A DNA stretch of 64,000 nucleotides from the human T2T-CHM13v2.0 reference genome, Homo sapiens. The notes under the pieces are model-generated. The model did no database searches and was not told the origin of the DNA. It saw nothing but the letters and a program-made list of their open reading frames with translations. The stretch lies in the NCBI RefSeq assembly GCF_009914755.1, contig NC_060940.1; one strand, given 5' to 3'. Position 1 is the stretch's first letter. Every line of letters starts with the position of its first letter. Positions 14,395-27,785 of this stretch are shown here, piece by piece. The position numbers were made by a program, and so were the translations under genes.

Positions 14395-14720
14395 CCACAT
14401 TCACACTAGAATAAAATTTAAACTTCTTACCACAGTCCTCAGGAGCCCAAAAGTCTCACCCTGCCTACCTCGCTGATGTATCTCCTACAGCTCTTTCCTC
14501 ACATGCTCTTTGGTGTTTGTCACACACACTGAGCAGGTCCTGACACTGGGCCTTTGCATGTGCTCACTCCTCTGCCTGGAATGCCCCTTTCAGATGTCTA
14601 CTTGCAGGGTTCATGCCCCACTTTAGGTTCACTTCATGGCTCACATAGAGTTCCCTCAGAGAGGCCTGTCCTGTCTACCCTTCCTAAAAGAACACTTTTT
14701 GCTTTTTTATCCCCACTCCA
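14395..14720 (+). mobile_element. L2 fragment
   Basis: 'tagaataaaatttaaacttctt', 'gggcctttgcatgtgctcactcctctgcctggaatgccc', 'cctcagagaggcct'. Confidence 0.75.
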
Positions 14721-15729
14721 GCCTATGTTTAATCATCTGTAATAGGGATCATAACAGAGCATAACGGTTGCAAGAATTAAATAATTGATGTAAAATGCTT
14801 ACTTAACACAGGGCCAACCCATAATGAGTATTCAATAAATATTTGATAGTGCTGATGTTGTTATTATTTTTATTCTCTGTTTTTCCAACCATGCTTCTCC
14901 TGCGGCCTCTGCTCTGGACAAACTTAATCCCCAAAAACTGATGTTAAGTTTAAGCTGGGGAGTCCCTTTGCCCCAGCAGTGTTATAAAATGTGAATGAAG
15001 GAGGCAAGGGGGCAAGTAGGATGGAAGGACCAAATGGTATGTGTCAAGGACATGAAGATTTCCAGAGCTGTTCCAATGTGTCAGCAGATCCATATTACAG
15101 CCTTACTTAGAGGGTGCTTCCGTGGGGAAAATTATTGTTGCTTAGCAGATGACACAAATGAAACCTAGAGGGGCCAAATGTTTGGAAAAATACTCCACAG
15201 CCCAAGGAAGGAAGAGCAGAGGACTCAAACCTCCAGCAAAAAAGAGATCTGAGACCCCAAAGCACATTTTTCTAGCAGAACCAAATTCCTCTTGACATGA
15301 TCCTTACTCTGCTTTCCCGGGGCCTAGGTCTAGGGCGGAGGAGAGGGTGAGTCCTCAGCCATGCTAGAGCATTGGCAAACGCTCAGCTCGAGTACCTTTC
15401 CCAAGGGCCACAGGTATGGGTGCCTGCACTCACACACATCTTGACCAACCTGGCTTCATGTTGATATAAATGTATTTAAAATTGGTAATTTCTTTTCTTC
15501 TGAAAATCATGTTATTTACTAGCTATATTGATTACGGTCATGTTTCTACTGGTGGAAAAGTAATTTATCTCATTGGAGTCATCTGTGTGGAGGTAGTGAG
15601 GGCCCGGTGGAAGCCAAGTTAATAGCTGGTTTTGCCAGCAGGCCCATCTTTATTAGCAACAACATCTCTCATCAAAAATCCTATTTCAGAGCAATGTAAG
15701 CTATAAACCTGTGGCTCGTTGACCATGCA

Positions 15730-16960
15730 GAGACCAGCCACAGGGCTCTGAAGACACAGAGTTCAAACATTACCGAAAAGGCAACCACTCAAGAAGCATA
15801 AGGCAAGAGTGGAACGGAACCCGTACTTTAGACAAGGCTGGGAGGTGGGAGTTCCTCATCACGGGGACGGCTCCAACAGAATGCTGCGTCTTGAGTCACG
15901 GCATAGGGAGGAAGAGGGCAGAAAGTTGGGTCTCTATGATAATCCTTAATCCTGCAATTCTATGAAACTAAGAATCTACGTTTGTGATTCTAGGGTTTGC
16001 ACAAAGAGCAAAAGGGCCAAACAACTAGTCAAACTTTCCTTATGGAAACTTTAATAAATACATAAAATATTACAGAATCCACTTTCAAAATTCACAGCTT
16101 GGCTCTAAGTCCATTCTCCTTCTGAGACACTTCCTGCCTTCTTCATGCTCTCTGCATTGTCAGAGACCCGCCCTGCAGCAAAGAGAAACAGACTTACACC
16201 TGTCAGAATGGCTATGATTAAAAAGACAAAAAATATCAGATGTTGGCAAACATGTGGAGAAAAGGGAACACTCGTACACTGCTGGTGGAAATGTAAATTA
16301 GTTCAGTCTCTGTGGAAAACAGTATGGAGATTTCTCAAAGAGCTAAAAAATAAACAACAGCAGCAACAAAAATCTACCATCAGATTTGGCAACCCCACTA
16401 TGGATATCTACCCAAAGGAAAAATAAATTATTGTATAAAAAAGATACCTGCACTCATATATTTATCTCAGGACTATTCATAACAGCAAAGATATGAAATC
16501 AACCTAAGTGTCCATCAACAAATGATTGGATTAAAAATGTGGTATACATACGCCATGGAATACTATTCAGCCATAAAAAGAATAAAATCATTTCTTTTGC
16601 AGTGACATGGATGGAACTGGAGACTATTATTAAATGAAACAGTCAGACACAGAAAGAAAAATATTGCATGTTCTTACTTACAGGTGGGAGCTAAATAATG
16701 TGTACACATGGAAGTAGAGAATAAAATGTTAGACAACAGAGACTTGAGAGGGTAAGGGGGTAGGAGGGAGTTAGAGGATGAGAAATAAGTGATTGGGTAC
16801 AATGTAGGCTATTCGGGTGATGGATACCCTAAAAGCCCTGACTTCACCACTACACAATCTATGCGTGTAACAAAATTGTACATGTAGCCCATAAATTCAC
16901 ACACACAGAGACTGCCTCCCTCATCCAAAGGCCCACGACTTGGGTATTTGATGGCAGCAA
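15730..16960 (+). repeat. Local direct duplication, copy 1 (split by an L1 at ~16194-16900)
   Basis: Colinear with 18215-18762; shared exact blocks such as ggctgggaggtgggagttcctcatcac and gaaactaagaatctacgttt. Confidence 0.9.
16194..16900 (+). mobile_element. 5'-truncated L1 (L1MA2/3-like 3' end)
   Basis: ORF2 C-terminal remnant (TPVRMAMIKK...HCWWKCKLVQ) and 3'UTR 'gggtgatggataccctaaaagccctgacttcaccac'. Confidence 0.9.
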
Positions 16961-17079
16961 TCCCACTCCCCCGAGATGAGGCATCACTGCCTTGTCTCCC
17001 CTGGCCGCACTCCAATATGTCTCATGCCTCTCATTACTGTAGGGAGTCCACACAGGGATACAATACTTATTTCCCATAT

Positions 17080-17500
17080 ACAGTTATTCATCAAAGACTT
17101 ACTGAGCCTCCACTGTGTGTCTGGCACTATGCTAGGTATTGGGGATCTGCTGAGGAACAAAACAGAATCTCTTCCCTTGTGGGACTGCCAATCTAGTGAG
17201 GAGAGGACAACCAGAAAATTACCAAAATAAATACATTATTACAACGGCTAAATGTGCTGAAGTAAATAAAGCTTAAGGGTGTGTAGAATGTGTCACAGAA
17301 GGGCCTGCCTTGGTCTGGTGGACATGATGTCTGAGCTGAGATCCAGAGAGCGAATAGAAGTTATCCAGGCAACATGGGAGTGCAGGAGAACATTCCTAAT
17401 AAAGATAGCTTCAAGAGACAAGACTGGGACAACCAACAAAGGAAAACCAGGGTCAGTGTGGCTGCAGCAGAGGGTCCACCTTGTGCAGCTCAGAGGGGGA
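17080..17500 (-). mobile_element. L2 fragment
   Basis: 'ttattcatcaaagacttactgagcctccactgtgtgtctggcactatgctagg'. Confidence 0.75.
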
Positions 17501-17509
17501 CTTGCAGTG

Positions 17510-18050
17510 AATTAGTACAGACTATTTTGGGTCCAACGGACAAAACCCAATTCAAACTGCTCATGACTAAAAGAGACAGTGATGGCTCACACAACTGAGA
17601 GTCATGCAGAGCATCTAATTTGAGGCTCAACTAGATCTGGGTGTCTAAACTAGGCCAACAAGAGGATTGTCTTCCATCTCCTCTCTGCTCTTCCTCTTCA
17701 TTGGCTTTGTTCTTAGGCAAGCTATGCCTATGTGGTACAAATAGGGCCACCAGCAACCCCATACCCACTTCCTATCAGCTGAACTTCCCCAAAGGAAAGG
17801 GCACCTCTTTCCCAATTATTTATTTTAAAATCCTAGGGCTGATCATTGACTTGAATCAGTCATGTGCCCAACCAAAGAAACTGCAATAGTCCAATTTGTC
17901 AGTGCTGGTACTGGAGGTTTAGGGGTCAGGGGTGTTGTCAACCCTACTGAAATCACAGCAATGAAAGTGGTTCCCAAGAGCAAGAGACAGCTGCTAAGAC
18001 CACAGAGAGGATAGAGAGCAGGCAAAAGCACCATGACAGTCACCTTCTGT
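17510..18050 (-). mobile_element. Old MaLR LTR (MLT1K/L-like)
   Basis: 'aaaacccaattcaaactg...gatggctcacacaactga', 'tgattgacttgaatcagtcatgtgccca'-type segments. Confidence 0.6.
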
Positions 18051-18214
18051 GTGCTACATGTTATGCTTCTATTGTACAGGTGGAGATTATTTGGGTACCT
18101 CTAAATAATAGCCCTTTCTTGCCCTACCCCTGGATAAGCCATCCCACTTCTGCTGAGTGGTAGCACATGCTGCCTCCTCAAATACGTTAACTCCTAAGGG
18201 TTCTCATCAAATGT

Positions 18215-18762
18215 GAGACCAGACAGAGGGCTCTAAATACACAGTTCAAGCATTACCCCTAAGGGACCCCACTCGGGAAGTGTAACAGAAGAGTGGAAAA
18301 GGGCCTGCCTTTCAGAAGAGGCTGGGAGGTGGGAGTTCCTCATCACAGGGACTGCTGCAGCAGAACACCAACTCTTGAGTCATGCCAGTGGGGGGGTGGG
18401 GGTGGGCAGGAAGTTGGATTTCTATGATAATCCTTAACCCTGCAATTCCAGGAAACTAAGAATCTACGTTTTTGATTCTTTGAACATAGAGCAAAAGGAC
18501 CATATAAGCGGTGGAAGTTTTCTTAAGGAAACTTTGATAAATACATAAAATAGCATTACATAATATAAATACCTAAATAGTAAATACAGAATCCAACTTC
18601 AAAATTCCCAGCTTAACTCTTAGCTAGCTCTTTCTCATACTGAGTCAGTGCCTGCCTCCTTGATACTTATCTGCATTGTCTGAGACCCACCTTGCAGGAA
18701 AATAGAAACAAGACTGCCTTCCTCCATCTGAATGCTCACTCTTTGGATATTTGATCACACCA
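18215..18762 (+). repeat. Local direct duplication, copy 2 (uninterrupted; includes an L3/CR1 3'-end-like segment)
   Basis: Aligns to 15730-16193 plus 16910-16960; 'gaaacaagactgcc' is the empty L1 insertion site. Confidence 0.9.
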
Positions 18763-19383
18763 AAGGAATTGTCTATCATGCTGGAGTTACATATCATGGG
18801 GAGATGGAATGTGGGAATGCCATACTAATTGCCAGTCGCTGGCCTGGGAATATGAGCTGAGCCTAACGAGCAGTCTTAGCTAAGGGAATTGCAGCGAGAA
18901 GCAGGATAAATGGCCCTAGGGATGGCAGTAGAGGACAAGTTGCCAGTTTGGAACAAGTGGAAATATTGATCCAGGTCAAGGTGAAATTAAAGCATGTGTT
19001 ATTTAAAAGCCAGGCTTTCCCCACTGTCTTGAGAATGAGCTGGAGAAGGAATTAATAAATGAAGAGGCAAAGGCTCATATAAGGCAAAGAAGCTCTTTAG
19101 GGAGAAAATCTTCCTGAAACACACCAGAAAGGAAGGCAAACAGGCAGGAAAAGAGCAGAGTCTTTGCTATTGAAACCTATTTGTTTTCTCATTCCTTCTA
19201 GAAGAAACTTCATAATGTCCTCTGCTCTTGAGTGGAGCAGAGAAGAGAAGCTTTAAGATCAAAAAAACCAAGAGTCAGACTTGGAAACTGCCCTCTACAA
19301 ACTTAGTGACTCAATAAAGCTGCTTATACCTCTTGAATCTCGGTTTTCCTATCTGTAAAGTAGGAATAATAACTCCTAGTTTT

Positions 19384-20315
19384 AAGAAAATATTTGAAAA
19401 CTATGCATCCAATAAAGAGCTAATATCCAGAATCTACAAGGAACTTACACAACTCAACAAGAAAAAAACAAATAACTCTATTAAAAAGTGGGCAAAGTAC
19501 ATGAACAAACACTTCTCAAAAGAAGACATACAAACAGCCAACAAACATATGAAAAAATGCTCAATATCACTGATCATCAGAGAAATGCAAATCAAAACCA
19601 TGAGACACCATCTCACGCCAGTAGGAATGGCTTCTATTAAAAAGTCAAAAAATAACAGATATTGGCGAGGTTGTGGAGAGAAGGGAATGTTTATACACTG
19701 TAGGTGAGATTGCAAATTAGTTCAGACCCTGTGGAAAGCAGTTTGGAGATTTCTCAAAGGACTAAAAACAGAACTACCATTTGACCCAGCAATCCCATTA
19801 CTAGATACCAAAAAGACATCTGCACTCATATGTTTACTGCAGTACTATTCACAATAGTAAAGTCATGGAATCAACCTACATGCCTATCAACAGTGGGCTG
19901 GATAATGAAATGTAGTACATTGTCATTACATATACACCACATACACTGTAGTGTACATATACACCTTGGAATACTACACAGCCATACAAAAGAATATATC
20001 CTTTGCAGCAACATGAATGCAGCTAGCAGTCATAATTTTAAGTAAATTAATGCAGGAATAGAAAGCCAAATACTGCATGTTTTTACTTACTAGTAGGGAC
20101 AAAAGTTTAGGTGCACATGGACATAAAGATGAGAACCATAGACACTGGGGACTCTGAAAGAAAGGAGTGAGGGAGGCAAGGGTTGAAAAACTGCCTGTAG
20201 GGTACTATGTTCACTATTTGGGTGACAGAATCAATATAAGACCAAACCTCAGCATCACACAATATAACCATGTAGTAAACCTGCATATGTATCCCCAAAT
20301 CTAAATTTAAAAAAA
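19384..20315 (+). mobile_element. 5'-truncated L1 (L1PB/old L1PA) inserted in a MIR
   Basis: ORF2 remnant [20 protein letters not shown]...HFSKEDIQ; TSD ctcctagtttta on both sides. Confidence 0.92.
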
Positions 20316-20454
20316 CCTCCTAGTTTTAATAGTAGCAGTAGTGATGATTAGATGAAATTATATATGTAAAATACTGAGCGCAAAGTTGGTAAACACTTGA
20401 TCATTTCTGTCCCCTGCAGGTAGGGTAAATGGATAATAACTTACATTTGTAGCA

Positions 20455-20953
20455 CTATTCGTGAGAAGGGGTAACAAGGCAAGCAAATCAGGAGATGACT
20501 GCCACTAAAGAGACAGCTCGTTATTCATGGTTCCCAAGAGGAGGGGGCATACCATGGCACAGGGGCCACACAGGGAGGCACCAGGGTGGGTCAAGAGGCA
20601 GAGGCAGTGAGGAATGGCAGCAACAGCCTTGATTGTGGTTTCCACTGGAAAGAAGTGGCAAAACAGGGTTGGCAGGTTTAGGACTGGCTAGTTTGAATAA
20701 TTTCAGCAGGCTCTGGGGCACAGGACTGTGGGATGATTAAGGCAGAGGGATAGTGACCCAGAGTGTGACAGCCCCATAAAGGAGGTGATTGCAGGTGTGG
20801 ACTCTGGGTTGGTTGGTTTGTGTATAAAGAGCACACCCTCAGGTGAACTGCTTGCAGTCTCTAGGAATTGGCTAACCCTGGAAGAGGTAGTCTCAGGGTC
20901 AGCTTCAGATGTCAAAGCATCAGAATACAGAAAATAAAAGCCATAATAATACA
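20455..20953 (-). mobile_element. ERVL-type solo LTR (MER54/MER74 group)
   Basis: Reverse strand starts 'tgtattattatggcttttattttctgtattctgatgctttgacatctg', contains 'gaaattattcaaactagcca'. Confidence 0.7.
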
Positions 20954-21074
20954 TTCAGGTCTTTTCATTGACTCGTCACAAGAAGCTTGTGGGAGATGCA
21001 TTGCTTTATTGTTATTATTATTTATATTTTATTATTTACCAGTCTTATTTTACTATTAATTATTATTATTCTTT

Positions 21075-21290
21075 GGCAGTTACCATAGAGGTTAAGAGTG
21101 GATTCTGGAGCCAGACTGCTTGGGTTTGATTTGGATCATTTTGACCCAATTACTTAATTTGCCTGTGCTTCACTTTCTTCATCTTTACATTGGAGATAAC
21201 AACAAATACCTCATAAAATTATTATCATGATTCATGAAGTTTATAATGTAAAGCAATAAGGCAGCATCTGACATGTAAGAGCTAGCTATT
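21075..21290 (+). mobile_element. MIR
   Basis: 'gttaagagtggattctggagccagactgcttgggtttga...ttacttaatttgcctgtgcttcactttcttcatct'. Confidence 0.8.
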
Positions 21291-22399
21291 ATTTATGCAA
21301 CTTTGCAGCTGAATAAAGTGAGGCTCGAAATGGATGTGCTTTGCTCTGCACTGCCCAGTGAGTGATGGGGTCAAGTTTAGAATGTTGATCTCCTGAGCCA
21401 GAAGCCACTTGCCCCTCCCCATCTCATCTCTAGGGCTTTTGTCTCCAGGGTTCCTTATGTGAATATGGAGTCTCCTCATCCACAGAATGGCCCAACTCAC
21501 CAGCCCCAGGAAACCAGAGAGAGGATCCAATGTTCTATATAACGAGTAGCCGTGTGTGCCACTCTTAACCACTCTGCTACCCTGCCCTGTGCATTGGGAA
21601 GAACAGTGGCTGAAGTAACAGAAGACCTTGACTCTACCTAGGGTCATTCAGGCATTAACTTTGCTGAGTAACCTGAGGAAAATGTCTGGCTCTGTTTAGG
21701 CCTCAGTTTCCCTAACAGGACTAGCAGCCCCTAAAAGGCCCTTCTGGCCCTTCGTCTTAGAGTACTGTAAGCCAGCTAGCTAGCTGCTAGCACCATCCCT
21801 GTCTATATCCTAAGCCCTGTCTAAGGTCAAAAGTTAGATGTTTCCTTTTTTCTTCCATGATGCCTCACTTTGTCAGCAGGGCTGAGAGCTGGACTTGCAG
21901 GTTCCATTGTCCTCAGGGCAGTTGGCCCATTTCTGAGCTGCTCTCTGACTTCAGCCACTTAAGCTGCAAAAGCCACAAACACAGACATGAGTCTCAGAGG
22001 CCCCTAAAAAATGGCTTTGCTGTGTAGCTTAATGGAAGGCTTTCTAGGCATCAGGAACGATTGTGAAAGGCAAAAGCACTGAGATATCATGGCCCCCTCC
22101 CCTTTGGCCCATTAGGGAGGCAAATGGGTGTTTTTGGCAATGATTAGACTTAGCTTTGTTAGGTTTTATTGGTTCTCTTTGCTGTTTACCCCCAAATGGA
22201 TCATAGTATTGGGTTCTCAGGAGTTTGCAACTCAGGCAAAAATGGATACGTGTCAAGTGCAAGAGGGAGGTCTAATAAATACTAAATTCATAAAAGGGCT
22301 TTACATAAACCCTCAGAGGATGTCTCAGAGAGAAATTGAGAAGGAAACTGCTGAACAGGAAAGTGTGAGCTCTCATTGGCTATAAGCTCAAACAATAGG

Positions 22400-24030
22400 C
22401 GCTGACAAGACAACACAGCTGCTGACAACAGTGAGGACTTGCAGCTGCATCCATTGGGGTATCATGATCTATTCAAGGGAGGTGATAGCCCCACTGTTCT
22501 CTGATTGGTCTATCAGCTAGAATTCTTTTGATAGGAAGTGTCAGAAAACCTGACCCATTGGCTTAAGCAGAAAAAGAGAAAATGTATTGATTCATTGAAT
22601 TATTCAGAACTGGGCTTTAGATTGTGCTTAATTCCTATGTACAAATGACATGCCTTCATTCTCTCTTTCTTCATTTCTCAGCTCTACTTACTGGAATGGT
22701 TGTCTATTCTTAAACAAGCTCTCTTTTCACAGTCCTTAGGAGCTTGAAGCTCCTAAGACTCCATATTTCAAGTTGAATTCAGTGACAGAGGATGACAATC
22801 TGAGCCCAGCATTCCCAGCTAGATACCCTTTCCCTCTCATTGATTCAGATTAAATTATGTGGTCCTCTCTGGATCAATCACAATGAGGGATGGAAGGCAC
22901 TGACTGGCTTAGACTCAGGTCTTGCATTCTGTTTCTCAGCCAAGAATGGAGCCCACTCTACCTGGTGCACATGAGCTAATAGTGGGGTGAAGGAAGGCTT
23001 CCCTAGGGCAGAGACTGGCTGCAAAATGGCAATACCCACACATGAAGTGTGTGGCTGCATGCTGGGTTCTACGTTTAATGAGACATGGAGCCAGGAATGG
23101 GTGGTAAGGGTGATGAGGGAGATTTAAAATTGTGTCATGTGGAGAAGAGTTGGAAGAAATGGGACTGCTTTACCCAGAGAAGAGGAGATAATGGGGAATC
23201 GTAAACACTGTCACCAAGTGTTGGGAAAGGCTAGATTCACTCTGTCTTCATGGATGGTGACAGAAGCAGGGAGGGAAGAACTGATTTCTACAGACACACA
23301 TTTTGGCTCAGTAGATCAGATGGGGGTCAAGGCACTATCATCTCTTGTTAGAACTGGCTCCAAAAGCCATACAGTTGGTTTCTGCTATTACTGACTTGTT
23401 CCCCTACAATTCAGTTCCCACCCTGCAGCCAGAGTAACCATTTGCAAGTGTAAATGAGCCTCTGTGGTTCCTCAGCTTAACAACCTTCACAGTTCCCACT
23501 GCAGCGTTTAGATCTCCCAAGGCAGGCATATCTGGTCTGTCCCTGCTCACTTCGTGGGTTCATTCCAGAGCTTGCCTCTACTCATTCTTGAAGCTTCTAC
23601 CACACTAACTAGCTTTCCCTCTGTTTCTCAAAAATGCCAAACACATTTCCACCTCAGGCCTTTGCACCTGTGGTATGCTGTACCTGAAACAGTCTCTGGT
23701 CTAGCTTCTACATGGCTAGCTCCATCTCCCTAATCAGATCTCAGCTCGATACCCACCCGCAACCTCAGAAGTCAGTGCACACATCACCCCCACCATCCCA
23801 CAACCGTTCTCTATTACCTTTCCCTGTTAGACACAATAACCAATGCTCCTCACTTTCTAAAATTGTTGTATTTAAATTGTTTAGTTATTAACTTACAGAC
23901 TATCAACAGTCACAAGATTGAAGCTCCCTGAAAACAGTGATATTATTTCTCTTGTTCACTATGATATGCACAGTACCTGGGGAGTCTCTAGACACATAGA
24001 TATTTTGTCTCACGAATGCACAAATGGATA
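22400..24030. mobile_element. Nested relics: L3/CR1 (+) split by an MLT1 LTR (~22510-23040, -), followed by L2 (~23330-24030, +)
   Basis: CR1-like 'aagggaggtgatagccccactgttctctg' and 'tgtcatgtggagaagagttggaagaaatggg'; L2 'cctcaggcctttgcacctgtg'. Confidence 0.6.
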
Positions 24031-25149
24031 ATTTCTACAGCTGTTTGGCTGGGTGAGGTGATAGACTTCTAACACAGAGCATGTCATAGCTCAGACTGAG
24101 TGAGCATTTCTCAGAGATGGATTTCTGCAATGAGCGGGAGCGGGGCGCTTCCCAGGGCTCCCAGATGGAAGGAATCTGTAATGTACCTCACAACAAGTAA
24201 ATGACAATCACCTTGGATGTAATTCCTCTGCTCCTGCCACATGCCAAATGCCAATTTCTTCTTGGCCTATACTGCTAGTAGCAGGTATTTTTTAATTAAA
24301 GACACTCTTTGAGGAATTGTGCTAATCCTGCCAGGATTAACGAATTCCTCTTTTCTCTCTATGAAGGGAAGGCATATTGGCCACTCTGGCCCCAACTGAG
24401 TTGTTTTCCAAGAGAAGAACTTTCAATCCTTCCATGCACAATAATGAAATATGATACAAAACAGGCTCGTGTCAATAAATCTACAGGAGAAAGGTCAGGT
24501 TTACATTGCTGGACAGGATTGGCAAATACATTTGTTCCTGCAATGTCTGTGTTTTAAATGCCACCCTCCAGTGAACCTGGCGCTGAAACACACTTTGGAG
24601 TTTGATGAGATGTCAGTTTTTCTCAGCCCTGATCAAATAAGATGAATGAAAGTGAAACAAGAACAAAAGTATTACTTCTGTCATTTTTTTATGCATTACA
24701 GGAATTGGGTCAGTCGGGGAGATTTCTCTTAAGCAAATACCGATCGCTGCACAATGTGACCCACTGCTCTGCTAGCCAGCAGACAATGATAGGTTTGCAT
24801 AGTAAAGGGCACACCACTGCAAGAGCAAGGACCAGGGCAGCACCTGTATCAGACCATCCACCCTTTCAAATCTTCAAATCCACCCATCTGTCTTCCATTC
24901 TCACTTCAAATAGTGCCGTATGAGAATATGGATTTCACCCTGTATTGAGCAAACATAGTTAAAGAACAAAGTGGAATTTCTCCTGCAAGGAGGAATTATA
25001 GTCACTAATATTCCATCTATCCAACTTAAAACATGTGGACTAAATTAAACAGAAACCCAGAGACCTCTCCGACTTAGCCTGAAGGACACTGGGGTTATGG
25101 CATGAGGTCAAAATAAATGATGAGATCTGACATGAGAAATAAATAGTTA

Positions 25150-25450
25150 TTCAAAAGGAACCAAAGACTAGGAATCAGGAAGGTGTATGAGGCAACAGGA
25201 GACAGTGGGCAGTTGGAGACACATGGACCATGTAAGCCAGGGACTGCTGGGGACCATCTTTACCCCATGTGGGTAAAACCTGGAAATGAAGGCAGCACAG
25301 AGCCAAGCAGAGCCAAGAGAGAGATAGAGGCAAATTCCCAGTGACATCACTTGAATACCTGGATACAGCCTTGGCTGCAGCCTGGTGCTCCAGACTTTTC
25401 AGTTACATAAGATAGTATTTTTTCTTTCATGTTAAAATTTTAAATCAAAA
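25150..25450 (+). mobile_element. Old MaLR LTR fragment (MLT1)
   Basis: 'gacatcacttgaatacctggatacagcc', 'gacttttcagttacataag'. Confidence 0.6.
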
Positions 25451-25987
25451 CATAAATGAAATAAGGACATGAGTACTTGCCTGCCTGATTATGCCACAAA
25501 GGATCTTAGAGCACCACACAGGACCTAATAACTTGTGTGCTGGGAAGGCAGGCTGACTCTTCATAATCAAGGTCCCTGGATTATACAGGGAGAGAAAGAG
25601 CTTTGAGTGTTGTGTCTGTACTGTCATAGGTCCTCTGCCTTCCCAGGCTAGACCAACATAAAATTCAAGGGCCGATCTGAGAGGTATGTCCCAAAGTGAC
25701 TATTGTGCTGGAAGATTAGTGCGTTTATTCAGCTCTTTACAACTTTAAAGATTCACCAAGAGTCACTGTGGAAAGTACTTTCCATGTCTTGTGAACAGAA
25801 AGGTCCCTAAGCCTCTCAGGACACAGAGATGGACAGTCCTAGCTCTGAAGCCACAGCTCTTGGCAGTATTCTTTCCAGATCAAGGGCACAGTTCACCTCG
25901 GTAACTCTGTGCTTGGTGTAGGATCTGGCAGAGTTCAAGTATATATATCTTGTAAGTGAGCTTATCTGTGTCAGAAGTCCTGCTCCC

Positions 25988-26567
25988 AGTTTGGCTATTT
26001 CTCAAAGAACTAAATATAGTATTACCATTCAACCCAGCAACCCCATTACTGGGTACATATCCAAAGGAAAATAAATCTTTCTACTAAGCAGACACCTGCA
26101 TTTGTATGTTTATCCTGCACTACTCACAATATCAAAGACATGGAATCAACCCAGGGGCCCATCAAATGTGAACTGAATAAAGAAAATGAGTACATATACA
26201 CCATGGAATACTATACAGCCATAAAAAGATTGAAATCATGTCCTTTGCAGCAACATGGATGCAGCTGAAGGCCATTATCCTAAGCAAATTAATGGAGAAA
26301 CAGAAAACCAAATACCAAGTGTTCTCACTTAGAGGTAAGATCTAAACATTGGGTACACAGGGACACAAAGATAGGAACAATAAACACTGGAGATTCCAAA
26401 TAGGGGGAAGGAAGGAGAGGAGGGTAAGGGTTGAAAAACTACCTATTGAGTGCTATTTTCACTACTTGGGCAATGGGATTATTCATACCCCAAACCTCAG
26501 CATCATGCAATATACCCATGTAACAAAACTGCACATGTACCATCTGAATCTAAAATTAAAATTTTAT
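25988..26567 (+). mobile_element. L1 3' end (L1PB4/L1PA16-like)
   Basis: 'ttaccattcaacccagcaaccccattactggg', 3'UTR 'ccccaaacctcagcatcatgcaatatacccatgtaac'. Confidence 0.9.
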
Positions 26568-26578
26568 TAGATAGATTC

Positions 26579-27785
26579 TTTTTATTTTTTATTTCTTTGC
26601 ATCTTCATAGCTTAGCGCCCACTTGTGAGTGAGAACACACAACGTTTGGTTTCTCATTCCTGAGTTACTTCACTTAGAAAAATAGTCTACAGTTCTATCC
26701 AGGTTGCTGCAAATGTCATTAATTCATTCCTTTTTATGGCTGAGTAGTATCCCATCATATATATATAAAAAAGATATCACATATATACACACACACACAC
26801 ATATATATATCATATGTATCCTATATATCATATATATCATATATATATCATATATATATCATATATATCATATATATATCATATATATATCATATATATC
26901 ATATATATATCATATATATATATCATATATATACCACAATTTCTCTACCCACTTGTTGATTAATGGGCATTTGGGCTGGTTCCATAGTTTTGTAATTGCA
27001 AATTTTGCTGCTAAAACATGCATGTGCAAGTATCTTTTTTGTATAATGACTTCTTTTCCTCTGGGTAGATACCCAGTAGTGGGATTGCCAGATAAAATGG
27101 TAGTTCTACTTTTAGTTCTTTAAGGAATCTCCACACTGTTTTCCATAGTGGTTGTACTAGTTTACATTCCCACCAACAGTGTAGAAGTGCTCCCATTTCA
27201 CTGCATCCATGCCAACATCAATTTTTTCTTTTGTATTTTTTGATTATGGCCATTTTTGCAGGAGTGAGGTGGTATTGCATTGTGGTTTTGACTTGCATTT
27301 TCCTGATAATTAGTGATGTTGAGCATTTTTTTCTTTTGTTTGTTGGCCATTTGTATGTCTTTTTTTGAGAATTGTCTATTCATGTCCTTAGCCCACTTTC
27401 TGATGAGATTGTTTTTTTCTTGCTAATTTGTTTGAGTTCATTGTAGATTCTGGATATTAGTTATTTGTCAGATGTATAGATTTTGAAGATTTTCTACCAC
27501 TCTGTGGGTTGTCTGTTTACTCTGTTCTGTTCCTTTTGCTGTGCAGAAGCTCTTTAGCTTAATGAAGTCCCACCTATTTATCTTCGTTTTTGTTGCATTT
27601 GCTTTTGGGTTCTTGATCATGAAGTCTTTGCCTAAGCCAATGTCTAAAAAGGTTTTTCTGATGTTATCTTCTGAAGTTTTTATAGTTTCAGGTCTTAGAT
27701 TTAAGTCCTTGATCCATCTTGAGTTGATTTTTGTGTAAGGTGAGAGATGAGGATCCAGTTTTATTCTCCTACATGTTTGCCAATT
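26579..27785 (-). mobile_element. L1PB1-like fragment, antisense, abutting the previous L1 tail
   Basis: 'catagcttagcgcccacttgtgagtgagaac...cctgagttacttcacttag'; ORF2 remnants [23 protein letters not shown]. Confidence 0.9.
26756..26935. repeat. AT-rich microsatellite (ATATATATC)n/(TA)n
   Basis: Directly visible inside the L1. Confidence 0.95.

Noticed and set aside
21774-21787. Perfect 14-bp palindrome cagctagctagctg
   Set aside because: Short (AGCT)n run, expected by chance
25988-27785. Twin-primed single L1 insertion
   Set aside because: The two pieces cover overlapping 3' regions, have different 3'UTR types and are tail-to-tail, so two insertions fit better
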